A stretch of DNA of 61,908 nt, the filler included, from Nitrospinota bacterium (lineage in GTDB: Bacteria; JAUXIQ01), in the NCBI GenBank assembly GCA_030620925.1. It is 10 parts of 10 records of this genome, joined end to end, with 100 filler letters (N's around TTAATTAATTAA, not from the genome) between each part and the next. Parts side by side here need not be neighbours in the genome. Positions count along the whole stretch, not along the records: positions 15,564 to 20,584 come from JAUXIQ010000188.1; positions 20,685 to 25,832 come from JAUXIQ010000175.1; positions 25,933 to 42,387 come from JAUXIQ010000009.1; 7 more parts are not named here. One strand, written 5' to 3'. Both the position numbers and the translations under genes were made by a program. The notes beneath the pieces were generated by a model. That model was not told the origin of the DNA and did no database searches. It saw only the letters and a list, made by a program, of their open reading frames with translations. This document shows, piece after piece, positions 20,190 through 29,531 of the stretch (positions are counted from its first letter, which is position 1; each line of letters begins with the position of its first letter).

Positions 20190-20684
20190 ATCCCGCCTCT
20201 CAAAGGACAGCGATGAGCAGTGTTGATGGTCAGTGTGCCTTCTTTATAACGTTATAAAAGGTCCTCTATGACGCTCAAAGAGTTCTCACCAGAGTGATTA
20301 AGAATTCCCCATCGAGAGCACCTCCCTTTTATCGTGAATAACAACCCTTTATTATGCGGCGGGAAAACCCTGCGCGAAACCCGGACCGACCTCTTCCGGA
20401 TCAGGCCAGAGAAGAAGTTTATTCAACCTATTCAAGGGATTACACCGATAACCCGTGTATTTTGCAATTAACATTCTGCGATTTACTGTCGATATACTTA
20501 TTAAGAGAATAGAGGAAAGACGGAGCCGATTTAATACCTTTAAAACGATTAAACCATAACCGTTATTAACCGAAATGGAGAAAANNNNNNNNNNNNNNNN
20601 NNNNNNNNNNNNNNNNNNNNNNNNNNNNTTAATTAATTAANNNNNNNNNNNNNNNNNNNNNNNNNNNNNNNNNNNNNNNNNNNN

Positions 20685-21234
20685 AGATGCCATGCAAGTT
20701 GTGCAGCGCCAGGTCTTTGCGGAACGCGGCTCTTACCTCTGGAGGAAAATGGCGTGCCCGCGTCGGGTTGAGGGGATGATTTTCCAGTGCGGCGCGGCCG
20801 TCGGATTCGAACTCCCGCGCTTGCCGCTCAACGTACGGCCTCACTATTTCTTCCCATCCGGGGGGTGCCAGCGCAGACATCGAATTGGTGAACACTTGAG
20901 CTGTAACGCGTTCGGGACAATCGAGCGAGTAGCGCAGCGTGAGGGCCGCCCCGAGGGACTGCCCCACGACATACCAGCGCTCTGAGCCCACTAACCGGCG
21001 GATTCGCTCGAAATTCTCAACGTAGGAGGACGGCGAGTAGGCGGCGGGATCGGCAGGGGAAGGCGAGCGGCCGTGCCCAAGCAGCTCGACTACTACGGGC
21101 CGGTAGTGCTGAGCGAATGTTGCGAGATTCGGCGCCCACTGGGCCCGGCTGGAAAGGAGTCCGTGAACGAACAGGATAAACGGCCCATGCTCGCCGTGGA
21201 TTTCGTAGTGCAGCAACGAGTCGGACACTTTCAC
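20685..21234 (-). CDS. Alpha/beta hydrolase (MenH-like), 3' end truncated
   Basis: FVHG, GHGRS and GQSLG nucleophile elbow; start overlaps the upstream gene's stop. Confidence 0.85.
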
Positions 21235-21971
21235 CCCTTTTTCTTTACCTGCTTCGCCAGGGCGGTAATCCGCTCCCGGCTCTCGGCGCGCGCTTCGTTC
21301 AATCCCTGTGAAGTCACCTGGCCGTCCTTGAAGTAGCTGAGTATTATTTCCTCGGCAGCAACGAATTCAGCGCAAGCGTGCGGGAGTTCCGGGGCGATTT
21401 CGGCCGGTATCGTAGTCACCCCGTTACAATCGCCGTGCAGCAGGTCTCCGTGGTATACGGTGATGCCGCCGACGTGGACCGCAACCTGGAGGTCCAAAAA
21501 GTGCACGTAACCGTGCGCACAAATAGTGCCGTTGCTGAAGGCCGGAAACCCCAGCGCCCGCACCTGATCGAGGTCGCGGGCTGCGCCGCTGGTCACCAGG
21601 CCAACCGCGCCGAAGGTCTTGTACGTTGTACACATGATCTCGCCGAAAGTCGCTGCAGCCGTGGGGTCGTCGAGGTCTTGAAAAACCACCACTGCCGGCC
21701 CGGGCAGATCGCCGAAAGTTTCGATTTGTTGGTCGAAGTTGGCGTAGTCACCCCCTGCCGCCGGCTGCCCTGCCGAGCGAAACGTCGCCGTGGAGGCATA
21801 ACCCACCATCGGCGGCATCTCCGGGAAGCAGGCCTTGATGCGGCTGTCCATGTATCCGGTGTTGCGGGGCCGCACGTTGAAGACCTCGATGGCGTTGCAG
21901 ACCGTAGGGGTATCATATTGCCGCAGCAGCTCCAGGTCTTTGTCGGAAAGCGTTTTGTTGTTCACGTTCAA
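21231..21971 (-). CDS. RraA/HMG aldolase family protein
   Basis: DTPTVCNA, VGYA.T, FGEIM, G..RD and GDLLHGD.NGV motifs. Confidence 0.85.
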   Translation of the reverse strand: MNVNNKTLSDKDLELLRQYDTPTVCNAIEVFNVRPRNTGYMDSRIKACFPEMPPMVGYASTATFRSAGQPAAGGDYANFDQQIETFGDLPGPAVVVFQDLDDPTAAATFGEIMCTTYKTFGAVGLVTSGAARDLDQVRALGFPAFSNGTICAHGYVHFLDLQVAVHVGGITVYHGDLLHGDCNGVTTIPAEIAPELPHACAEFVAAEEIILSYFKDGQVTSQGLNEARAESRERITALAKQVKKKG

Positions 21972-22055
21972 ATCTCCTCTTACTGAAAATCGAGCCTCCG
22001 AACCTTCGAATCATCCCTCCGGAACCGTCGTCTGACGCACTAAACAGAAGCCATG

Positions 22056-22532
22056 CTACTCTTCAATTTCATAGCAGAAATCGCAAACGTCGTCGCCCTG
22101 CATGATGGTCTTGGGGCGAGTGAGTTTCATCCTGGGGTTAAAACCTTTCACCATGGCGAAATCACGGCCGCAAGCCAATAGATAACCGAGGTCCCTTATC
22201 CCCAATTCCTCGAACATCTTAACGTAATCGCAGCGTGTTATGTTGACTGCAAACTTAGCAGGGTTATGCTCCACAATCTCCAAATCGTGGACACCGCCTT
22301 CGGAGAATGCTTCGGATGCCTTGAGATAATGCCTGAAGCTGTTATTCCCCATGATGCGCCCCAGCTCGGCACCCGTTTCGAAAGATAAAGTTTCCAGAAC
22401 CTCCTCGGCTATCTTCAGGGTTTTTTCTTCGCCGAACTCCTTCATGAAAGCCTTTATTAAAGGACCGGCTATGCGTGCTTCGGTCTCAGTAGTTTTTAGC
22501 CCGAGCAATCTGCTCAGATCAGCGCTCATCAT
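22056..22532 (-). CDS. L-2-amino-thiazoline-4-carboxylic acid hydrolase-like (ATC hydrolase) family protein
   Basis: ITRC.Y..M...LG..DLG..L.C.RD...GFNP...L.R..TIMQG...CDF pattern. Confidence 0.8.
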   Translation of the reverse strand: MMSADLSRLLGLKTTETEARIAGPLIKAFMKEFGEEKTLKIAEEVLETLSFETGAELGRIMGNNSFRHYLKASEAFSEGGVHDLEIVEHNPAKFAVNITRCDYVKMFEELGIRDLGYLLACGRDFAMVKGFNPRMKLTRPKTIMQGDDVCDFCYEIEE

Positions 22533-22687
22533 TAACCCTCCCATCAGTTTGATGCAGTGCCTCGCTGAAACCCGACCCCCCTACGAATTTTCTGTATTAA
22601 AGCATAGTAGGCGGCTTTAATGAATAGAGAATCTTTCCTTTTCTGATTTGGATTATTCGGTTCTCATCAAGAGCACCCATAATTCTG

Positions 22688-22716
22688 TTGACAGGATAAT
22701 AGGACAAGAGTATAGT
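22688..22716 (+). promoter_or_regulatory. Sigma70-type promoter
   Basis: TTGACA (22688-22693), 17-nt spacer, TATAGT (22711-22716). Confidence 0.75.
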
Positions 22717-22767
22717 ATAGTAAATTTTTGTTGACGTTCGTTGATGAGCGTTAACCGGAAGGCGACG

Positions 22768-22807
22768 AGGTCTTCCGTGGTGAAAAATCACCCGGGGGAC
22801 CTTTTTT
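22768..22807 (+). terminator. Intrinsic terminator inside a putative attenuator leader
   Basis: 15-bp stem AGGTCTTCCG-(T)-GGTGA / TCACC-CGGGGGACCT with AAAA loop, followed by a T tract. Confidence 0.75.
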
Positions 22808-22868
22808 ATTTTTCGGCTTCCCTCAATGAAATGGAGATGCTGCCCCTGCTGCGGAAAGGAGATTTAAA

Positions 22869-23051
22869 GTGATAGAGATAGAATGTCCCCAGTGCGGCAA
22901 GAAGGTCAATAAAAAGGATTACCGTTTTCACAGAAAAATCGAGGATGCCATACTGGATTTAATGAAAAATAATCGTCCTCAATGGCTAGACGAATACGGA
23001 AGCTGCCCAAAGTGGCTGGCAAACTACAAAGCCATGTTCTGCCCCAATTAG
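22869..23051 (+). CDS. Small Cys-rich (zinc-ribbon-like) hypothetical protein
   Basis: AAGGAG RBS before GTG; CPQC...H...P.W....GSC motif. Confidence 0.65.
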   Translation: MIEIECPQCGKKVNKKDYRFHRKIEDAILDLMKNNRPQWLDEYGSCPKWLANYKAMFCPN

Positions 23052-23124
23052 TTTGCAGCCGATATATCTATTAAGCTGAAGCACTAATACGAATACTATT
23101 ATCAACTCAGGCCAAGCCCGTCTC

Positions 23125-24198
23125 TCAGGCGGTTAAAATGACGCTGCGGATGGTGGTATTTTTATCAAGCAGGTCGAGAGCGGTATTGACCCCATCCAGC
23201 GGGAACGTCCCGGTAACCAGATCATCGAGCGGCAGACGGCCCTGCAGATATAGGTCTACGAGATAGGGGAAATCGTGCGGCGGGTGCTCAGAGCCGACCA
23301 GTGACCCGCGCAAGGTGCGGTCCATGAGCAGATGGAACGGACTGAAGTTGAGCCTGTCGGCAAACGATGGCACACCGACGACTACGGTCGTCCCCCCGGG
23401 TAGTGTCGCCTTCATGGCCTTTAACATGGCATCAGTAGTCCCCACCGCTTCAATCGCAACGTCCACCCCTCCACCCATAAGTTTTTGAATATCCGACACG
23501 GGGTCTTCGGCGGTGATGGAATGCGTGGCCCCCACCCGCTCGGCGATTTCCAGCTTCGCCGGAGCGGTGTCCACGGCAATAATCTTCGCCGCCCCGGCCA
23601 GCCGCGCGCCCATCACGGCGGAAAGCCCTACCCCGCCGCAGCCGAACACGGCGACCGTCATTCCCGGCACGACTCCCGCAGTGCGCACAGCGGCGCCATA
23701 GCCCGTCATCACCCCGCATCCGATGAGGCAGACTTTGTCGAAAGGCGCTCTTGCATCGATCTTAATGGCCTGCCCCTGGTGGACCACTACACGTTCCGCG
23801 AACCCCCCGATACTCATGTAGCGGTTCAGCTCTTCTCCATTACGGGTGAGACGCCCCCCTCCCGGGCTGGGATTCATGCCGACGCACAGGTATGGTTTCC
23901 CCCGCACGCAAGCCGGGCAGTGCCCGCAGCTCGGTGTCTGGGAAACGATGACGTGATCGCCCTGTTCCACTTGAGTCACCGAGCCGCCGACGTCCTCGAC
24001 AACACCCGCTGCTTCGTGACCCAGAATAATGGGTAAGGTGACCATCTCACCGGTCATCTGCACGTTGCGGTCGCTGCGGCACACGCCGCAAGCATGAACA
24101 CGTATCAGCACGTCATCCGGCTCCAGGGCTTCAACGGTCAGCTCTTCCAAATTGACGGGATGCTTTTCCTTTTCCAGAACCACCGCTCGAGCTTTCAT
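23125..24198 (-). CDS. Zn-dependent alcohol dehydrogenase (class III-like MDR)
   Basis: CGVCRSD, GHEAAG, structural C..C..C.......C and GCGGVG motifs; probable start 24198. Confidence 0.9.
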   Translation of the reverse strand: MKARAVVLEKEKHPVNLEELTVEALEPDDVLIRVHACGVCRSDRNVQMTGEMVTLPIILGHEAAGVVEDVGGSVTQVEQGDHVIVSQTPSCGHCPACVRGKPYLCVGMNPSPGGGRLTRNGEELNRYMSIGGFAERVVVHQGQAIKIDARAPFDKVCLIGCGVMTGYGAAVRTAGVVPGMTVAVFGCGGVGLSAVMGARLAGAAKIIAVDTAPAKLEIAERVGATHSITAEDPVSDIQKLMGGGVDVAIEAVGTTDAMLKAMKATLPGGTTVVVGVPSFADRLNFSPFHLLMDRTLRGSLVGSEHPPHDFPYLVDLYLQGRLPLDDLVTGTFPLDGVNTALDLLDKNTTIRSVILTA

Positions 24199-24381
24199 CC
24201 AATAAGTCCTTTCAGGGGGCGATTCGATATATCCGTCTATATTAACCTTTGGGTTCAACCTCTACAGTACCGGCATCGGCGTCCACATGATCGAAGTTGA
24301 GCGATTAGACTGTCTCCTCGTTTCCCTTTAGTAAGATTTCCAGGGGAATCTTGTTTTTTCAAACCGGTACCCCTCAGTGTT

Positions 24382-25341
24382 CTAATAGTTATCCAGCGCT
24401 TCCATTAAGGCATTGAGATTTTCAAGAGGGGTATCGGGAGGAAGGTCGCACCCGGTACAGAAGCGCCAGTTGGGCACATCACTCATTTTGTCCAGGAGCG
24501 CTGTGGTTTCCTCCACCACCTCTTGCGGAGTGCCTGATAGCATTGTACCAATAGGATTAAGATTTCCCAGGATCAAGACATTTTTAGGGACCAGGGGCAC
24601 GATGGCGCGGATGTCCACCGCAGTATCGACGCTTATTCCACTGATCCCCGTTGCGCACATCTCTTCTATGAGGTGGGTGGAATCTCCACAGATATGCAGC
24701 AATATCGGCACCTTCATCTCTTCGACCAGCTTTTTAACAGGTGCGGCGGCGAACCTGGCGTAAGACTTGGAGTCCAGCAGGGAGGCCGTGGGGTCGCCCA
24801 CGAAAAAAGAGCTGCAACCCATCTCCAACTGGGCATTACCCAATTCAATGCCGACCCGGGTGCAGAAATCCACCAGCTCATCCACGAACTCGGGGTCGGA
24901 AACGGTGTTCATGAGGACATCTTCAAGACCTCCAAGGTTCGTAGCCAAGGTGAAAGGGGCGCCTATAGACCCCGATTTAGAGTTCTCCGGGTAACGCTCG
25001 CACATCAACCCGGCGGTCTTGAGCTGGTTGGGTAGTCTGCCGTCCTTATGGGGGTCGGGCACCTTGAGTCGGGCTAAATCTTCTCGGGTTTTAATGGGGT
25101 GGGTTTTAACAGATGCGGCCGCGTCGTCCTGGTAATATATTTCACAGCCGAGGACTTCCGCTATCGCCGATTGATCCACGAAAAAAGTGGGAACAGTACG
25201 GACGTTGTAAGTGTCCACCATGTTGGACAGAGTTCTGAAAGCCACCTCACCGTCAAGTATATTCTCTTTTATTGTAGTGTTGGATAGCCGGGTGCTCACC
25301 GCTGCCATCATGGGTGTGCCCTTTCTTCTCTTTTTACTCAT
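24382..25341 (-). CDS. Uroporphyrinogen decarboxylase superfamily, MtaA/CmuA-type methylcobamide methyltransferase-like
   Basis: AEVLGC, DGRLP, APFTLA, LHICG (Zn His/Cys), GNL.P and GCDLP..TP.EN motifs. Confidence 0.8.
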   Translation of the reverse strand: MSKKRRKGTPMMAAVSTRLSNTTIKENILDGEVAFRTLSNMVDTYNVRTVPTFFVDQSAIAEVLGCEIYYQDDAAASVKTHPIKTREDLARLKVPDPHKDGRLPNQLKTAGLMCERYPENSKSGSIGAPFTLATNLGGLEDVLMNTVSDPEFVDELVDFCTRVGIELGNAQLEMGCSSFFVGDPTASLLDSKSYARFAAAPVKKLVEEMKVPILLHICGDSTHLIEEMCATGISGISVDTAVDIRAIVPLVPKNVLILGNLNPIGTMLSGTPQEVVEETTALLDKMSDVPNWRFCTGCDLPPDTPLENLNALMEALDNY

Positions 25342-25668
25342 GGCCTTGCTCCTTGAAAGAAGAGTTGTCTGATTGCTGGTGAGAATACATGAGATTTCCT
25401 TATAGGCGGGAGATGAATTACTGTCTGCGCTGTGATGTTAATTCTCCATTAGACGTTTAACAGATTGGTACCCGCCTGTCAAGGAGGTGGTGGGCTCACC
25501 TGCCCCGCTGTTATGGTAGTTACCGGGATAAACCCGCGGTGTCTTAAGTGGGACTATCAGTTATTTACCCTTGATTTGGAACTCCGTTCAAGGTAGAACA
25601 AGTTCAGAAGCCGGCCTGATCTTTAAGCAAACTTTATGACCCCGACCAATTAAAGAGGTGTGTATATC

Positions 25669-25832
25669 ATGGATACGCTGAATGGAAAGATTGCACTGGT
25701 TACCGGATCTAGCAGGGGTATCGGAAAGGCTATAGCCATCAGGCTGGCCGAGGCCGGAGCTGATATCGCCGTCAACTTCCGGATCAATGAAGAAGAGGCC
25801 CGTGCCACCTTGGAGCAGGTTACCTCCACGGG
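25669..25832 (+). CDS. Short-chain dehydrogenase (FabG-like), N-terminal fragment
   Basis: GKIALVTGSSRGIG motif; cut by contig end. Confidence 0.85.
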
Positions 25833-25932
25833 NNNNNNNNNNNNNNNNNNNNNNNNNNNNNNNNNNNNNNNNNNNNTTAATTAATTAANNNNNNNNNNNN
25901 NNNNNNNNNNNNNNNNNNNNNNNNNNNNNNNN

Positions 25933-26063
25933 GCCGCATAGCATCCATCCCCGGAATAGAAGAATTCAACATTGGCCATAGCATAGTGGCCCGGGCAGTG
26001 TTGGTGGGCTTTGAGCGCGCCGTGCGAGAGATGATTGAAGCGATAAAGAGCGCCGAGCCGTAA
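25933..26063 (+). CDS. pdxJ: Pyridoxine 5'-phosphate synthase, C-terminal fragment (absent from ORF track)
   Basis: Translates [33 protein letters not shown]...*, the PdxJ C-terminal signature. Confidence 0.9.
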
Positions 26064-26094
26064 GAGTGATCGTTGAGGGACCCTTTTTGAGAAG

Positions 26095-27663
26095 GTGCGA
26101 ACGTTGAAAGTAGTCACCGCAGAACAGATGCGAGAGATGGATCGCCGCTCCATCGAGGATTACGACATCCCGGGAATAGTCCTCATGGAGAACGCCGGCA
26201 TTTGCGTGGTGAACGCTCTTCAAGAAAAGTTCCCACGGCTAGCCGGATGGGAAGTGTTGGTGGTATGCGGGAAAGGGAACAATGGAGGCGACGGTTTTGT
26301 TGTGGCCAAACATCTTGACAGGCTGGGGGTTGACGTGAAGACCGTCCTCCTGAGTGATGCCGACCAGTTGAAGGGGGATGCGGCCGCCAACTGCCGCATG
26401 GCGCTCAAGGCCGGCCTGACCATAGAGCAGATAACCGGCGGGGGGCAGATAAAGAGATTGGAGGAGATGCTCGATCACTGCCACCTGGTCGTGGACGCCA
26501 TCCTGGGTACGGGCATTGCAGCAGGCGTGGAGGGCTTCTTTCGTGACGTCATGCGCATGATCAACAATTCGGGAAAACCTGTAGTGGCGGTGGATATTCC
26601 TTCGGGGCTCAGCTCGGATAGTGGAGAAATACCGGGAGAGCATGTCAGGGCGCAGCTCACCGTAACTTTCGGACGCCCTAAATTGGGCCAGCTTTTATAC
26701 CCCGCCGCGCGCCATGTGGGCGAACTGGTTGTGGCGGATATCGGGATTCCCGGAGAGGTGATGGAAGACGAGGGGATAAAAGTCAACCTGTTGAATGAAG
26801 AGCTCCTGTCGGGGTATATAGCGGAAAGGGAGCCCGATTCTCACAAGGGGACCTACGGCCATCTCCTGGTGGTGGCAGGCTCCACCGGGAAAACGGGGGC
26901 GGGCATTCTGGCTGCAATTGGGGCTCTGCGCTCCGGGGCCGGCCTGGTCACCCTCGCAATTCCCGAGAGGTTTAACACCTCGATGGAGACCGCCCTCACC
27001 GAAGTGATGACTCTGCCCCTTCCCGAAACCGACCAGGGAACCATATCCGCGGAAGCGGCGCCTGTAATTAAAAAATCACTTAAAGATAAAGATGCTCTGG
27101 TAATCGGCCCCGGCCTCACCACACACCCTTCAACCCGTGATTTTCAGCTCAAGGTTCTGGAAGAATGTTCAATACCCGCTGTGGTAGACGCCGACGGCTG
27201 CAATAACTTGACCGATCGCCTGGAAGTACTTAAAAAGTGCCGGGGCCCGCTCTCGCTCACCCCTCATCCAGGAGAGATGTCTCGGATGACGGGGTACCCG
27301 GTGGCGGAAATTCAGAGGGATAGAATAAAGGCGGCCAGGGATTTTGCCGCCGCCAACAGCGTCCACCTTGCCCTCAAAGGCGCACACACTCTGGTGTGCG
27401 ACCCTGAGGGGAACATATTCATAAATTCCACGGGGAACCCTTCAATGGCAACTGCAGGGATGGGCGATGTTCTCTCAGGGATAATGGGGTCCTTTCTCGC
27501 TCAGGGGTTGTCCCCTTGCAACGCGTTGAACCTCGGCGTATACCTGCATGGCCGCTGCGGCGACATAGCTGTCGAACGAAGGGGCAGGGCCGGGATCCTT
27601 GCGGGTGACCTCCTGGATCTCATCCCTGAGGCCCTGGAAGAGCTGCTGGGAAATAGTGGCTGA
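26095..27663 (+). CDS. nnr: Bifunctional NAD(P)H-hydrate epimerase/dehydratase
   Basis: LMENAG, GKGNNGGDG, DIPSG, HKGTYG, LTPHPGE and ATAGMGDVL motifs. Confidence 0.95.
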   Translation: MRTLKVVTAEQMREMDRRSIEDYDIPGIVLMENAGICVVNALQEKFPRLAGWEVLVVCGKGNNGGDGFVVAKHLDRLGVDVKTVLLSDADQLKGDAAANCRMALKAGLTIEQITGGGQIKRLEEMLDHCHLVVDAILGTGIAAGVEGFFRDVMRMINNSGKPVVAVDIPSGLSSDSGEIPGEHVRAQLTVTFGRPKLGQLLYPAARHVGELVVADIGIPGEVMEDEGIKVNLLNEELLSGYIAEREPDSHKGTYGHLLVVAGSTGKTGAGILAAIGALRSGAGLVTLAIPERFNTSMETALTEVMTLPLPETDQGTISAEAAPVIKKSLKDKDALVIGPGLTTHPSTRDFQLKVLEECSIPAVVDADGCNNLTDRLEVLKKCRGPLSLTPHPGEMSRMTGYPVAEIQRDRIKAARDFAAANSVHLALKGAHTLVCDPEGNIFINSTGNPSMATAGMGDVLSGIMGSFLAQGLSPCNALNLGVYLHGRCGDIAVERRGRAGILAGDLLDLIPEALEELLGNSG

Positions 27664-27672
27664 GAGTAGTGA

Positions 27673-28188
27673 ATGAACGAGGAAAGCAAGCAGGGTGGGG
27701 TCGGAGATGGTTTTCTGTGCAGTACCGAAAGCCCTGAAGAAACAGTGGCTCTGGGGAGGAATCTGGGGAAGCTTCTCAAAGCGGGCGACCTCGTCTGCCT
27801 GTTCGGCGAGCTGGGGGCAGGGAAGACTTGCCTTGCCAGAGGGTTGGTGCAGGGAATGGGGGCCGTTGAACAGGCAGTCACCAGTCCATCATTCATCATG
27901 GTGAACCACTACAGGGGACGATTTCCCATATACCATATAGACCTTTATCGCCTCGATACAGTGGCAGATGCCGAGGACATCGGATTAAGGGATTACCTCT
28001 CGGATGACGGCGTGGCCCTGTTGGAGTGGGCCTCGCGGATAGAAAGCGATTTGCCTCAAGATCGACTGGACATATTTCTCTCCCATATTTCGGATACAGA
28101 GCGGGAGATCAGATTGGTTATTAGGGGGAAACGCCACCGGGATATGGCGGCGGAGATAGCCGCCGCCTGGGAAATTGATGGGATTTAA
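27673..28188 (+). CDS. tsaE: tRNA threonylcarbamoyladenosine biosynthesis ATPase
   Basis: GELGAGKT, VTSPSF, HIDLYRL and LEW motifs. Confidence 0.95.
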   Translation: MNEESKQGGVGDGFLCSTESPEETVALGRNLGKLLKAGDLVCLFGELGAGKTCLARGLVQGMGAVEQAVTSPSFIMVNHYRGRFPIYHIDLYRLDTVADAEDIGLRDYLSDDGVALLEWASRIESDLPQDRLDIFLSHISDTEREIRLVIRGKRHRDMAAEIAAAWEIDGI

Positions 28189-28317
28189 AAGAATTTATAC
28201 GAATTCTACCATTTTGGTATAATTCTTGTATAAGTTTTCTCTTTACTTTTAGGACTTCATGTGCGAGATTAGTAATGTAGGTTTACTGGCATTATCCGTA
28301 ATATACAGGAGTAGCGT

Positions 28318-28866
28318 GTGGTGAAAAAGCTCAGGATTTTTTTGTTGGTTCTTGCTCTGGGGCTGACGGGAACCATGAGCACAATGTTTTGTCTGAGCTA
28401 TTTTTCCAGAGAACTTCCTCTCCAAATTTCCACCACTTCGGTAGTTCCCGAAAATTCAATAAACAAAGTTCATCTTGTCCAGCGAGAAGTCGGAGAGCTC
28501 AAATGGATGCTCGATTCGCAGAGAGCCAATATTTTTGATGGAGAGAGCCGCGTAGACCTGGAAGGAATCGATCTGCTGATCATCACTGAAGACAAAGGCC
28601 AACTGAAGATTATCGGTGATCAGGGGATATATTCTCAGGAGAACAAAGAGTTATGGGTATCCGGTAATGTGAAGGTCATTTCCAGTGAAAATTATGTGCT
28701 CTACTCGGATGCCCTTTACTGGGATATAGAAAAAGAGACTATACGAACGAGAGGACCGGCCAGGGCCGAAGGACCGAGAAGCTCCATATCGGGCAGTGTG
28801 ATGACCATCCATGTACCGAAACAGAAAATATATATCAAAGATAATGTCAGCGCGCAGTTGAACTGA
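28318..28866 (+). CDS. lptC: LPS export ABC transporter periplasmic protein LptC-like
   Basis: Single N-terminal TM followed by a beta-jellyroll-like pattern (W.L....A, GNV.V, L.W); directly upstream of lptA. Confidence 0.7.
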   Translation: MVKKLRIFLLVLALGLTGTMSTMFCLSYFSRELPLQISTTSVVPENSINKVHLVQREVGELKWMLDSQRANIFDGESRVDLEGIDLLIITEDKGQLKIIGDQGIYSQENKELWVSGNVKVISSENYVLYSDALYWDIEKETIRTRGPARAEGPRSSISGSVMTIHVPKQKIYIKDNVSAQLN

Positions 28867-28903
28867 GTTTCAGGCTGGCAGCGGATTTATATCTGCATAT
28901 AAG

Positions 28904-29428
28904 GTGATCGGATTGAATAAACATTATTCACATATTATTACTGCCGTAGTGGGGATAGCCTTTCTCCTGGCAGTGCTTCTTTCCATTCCCGCTCTTGCAG
29001 GAGAGGAAGGAGGCGGTTCTCCGTCCAAGGATGGTGAGCCCATACGTGTTTCCTCAGATTTGATGGAATCTGAGAGCGGGACCGGCTTGGTAATTTTCAA
29101 AGGGAACGTGGTGGTCACCCGTGGTGAGCTCACCATCAAATCGGATGAGTTGCGAATCGTTAATTACCAGAGTTCCGGCGCAATGGAGAAGATGATAGCC
29201 ACTGGTAACGTAAGGTTACAGGATAAAAACCGAGTGGCGTACGCTGAAAAAGCCATATATTATAATAAAGAAGAGAAGGTGGAATTACGGGGCAATCCCC
29301 GGGTGGAGGATGGCGACAATCTTATAACCGGCGAAGTGATGGTACTTTTCCTGAGGGATGAGAAGAGCATAGTGAAGGGCAGCAAAGACACCAGAGTGAA
29401 CGTTGTCTTTCATCCCCAGGCAAAATAA
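28904..29428 (+). CDS. lptA: LPS transport periplasmic protein
   Basis: Signal peptide; PI.V.SD, FKGNVVV, ATGNV, L.GNP.V and RV.VVF OstA-like motifs. Confidence 0.88.
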   Translation: MIGLNKHYSHIITAVVGIAFLLAVLLSIPALAGEEGGGSPSKDGEPIRVSSDLMESESGTGLVIFKGNVVVTRGELTIKSDELRIVNYQSSGAMEKMIATGNVRLQDKNRVAYAEKAIYYNKEEKVELRGNPRVEDGDNLITGEVMVLFLRDEKSIVKGSKDTRVNVVFHPQAK

Positions 29429-29531
29429 GCTCAATCCGTTGGCAACGACGGGATAACGATAAATTGGTATTGATGTTGAGAATGATGTTGAAATAGCCTA
29501 TACAGGGCATTGATGGGGGTTGATACTGTAG

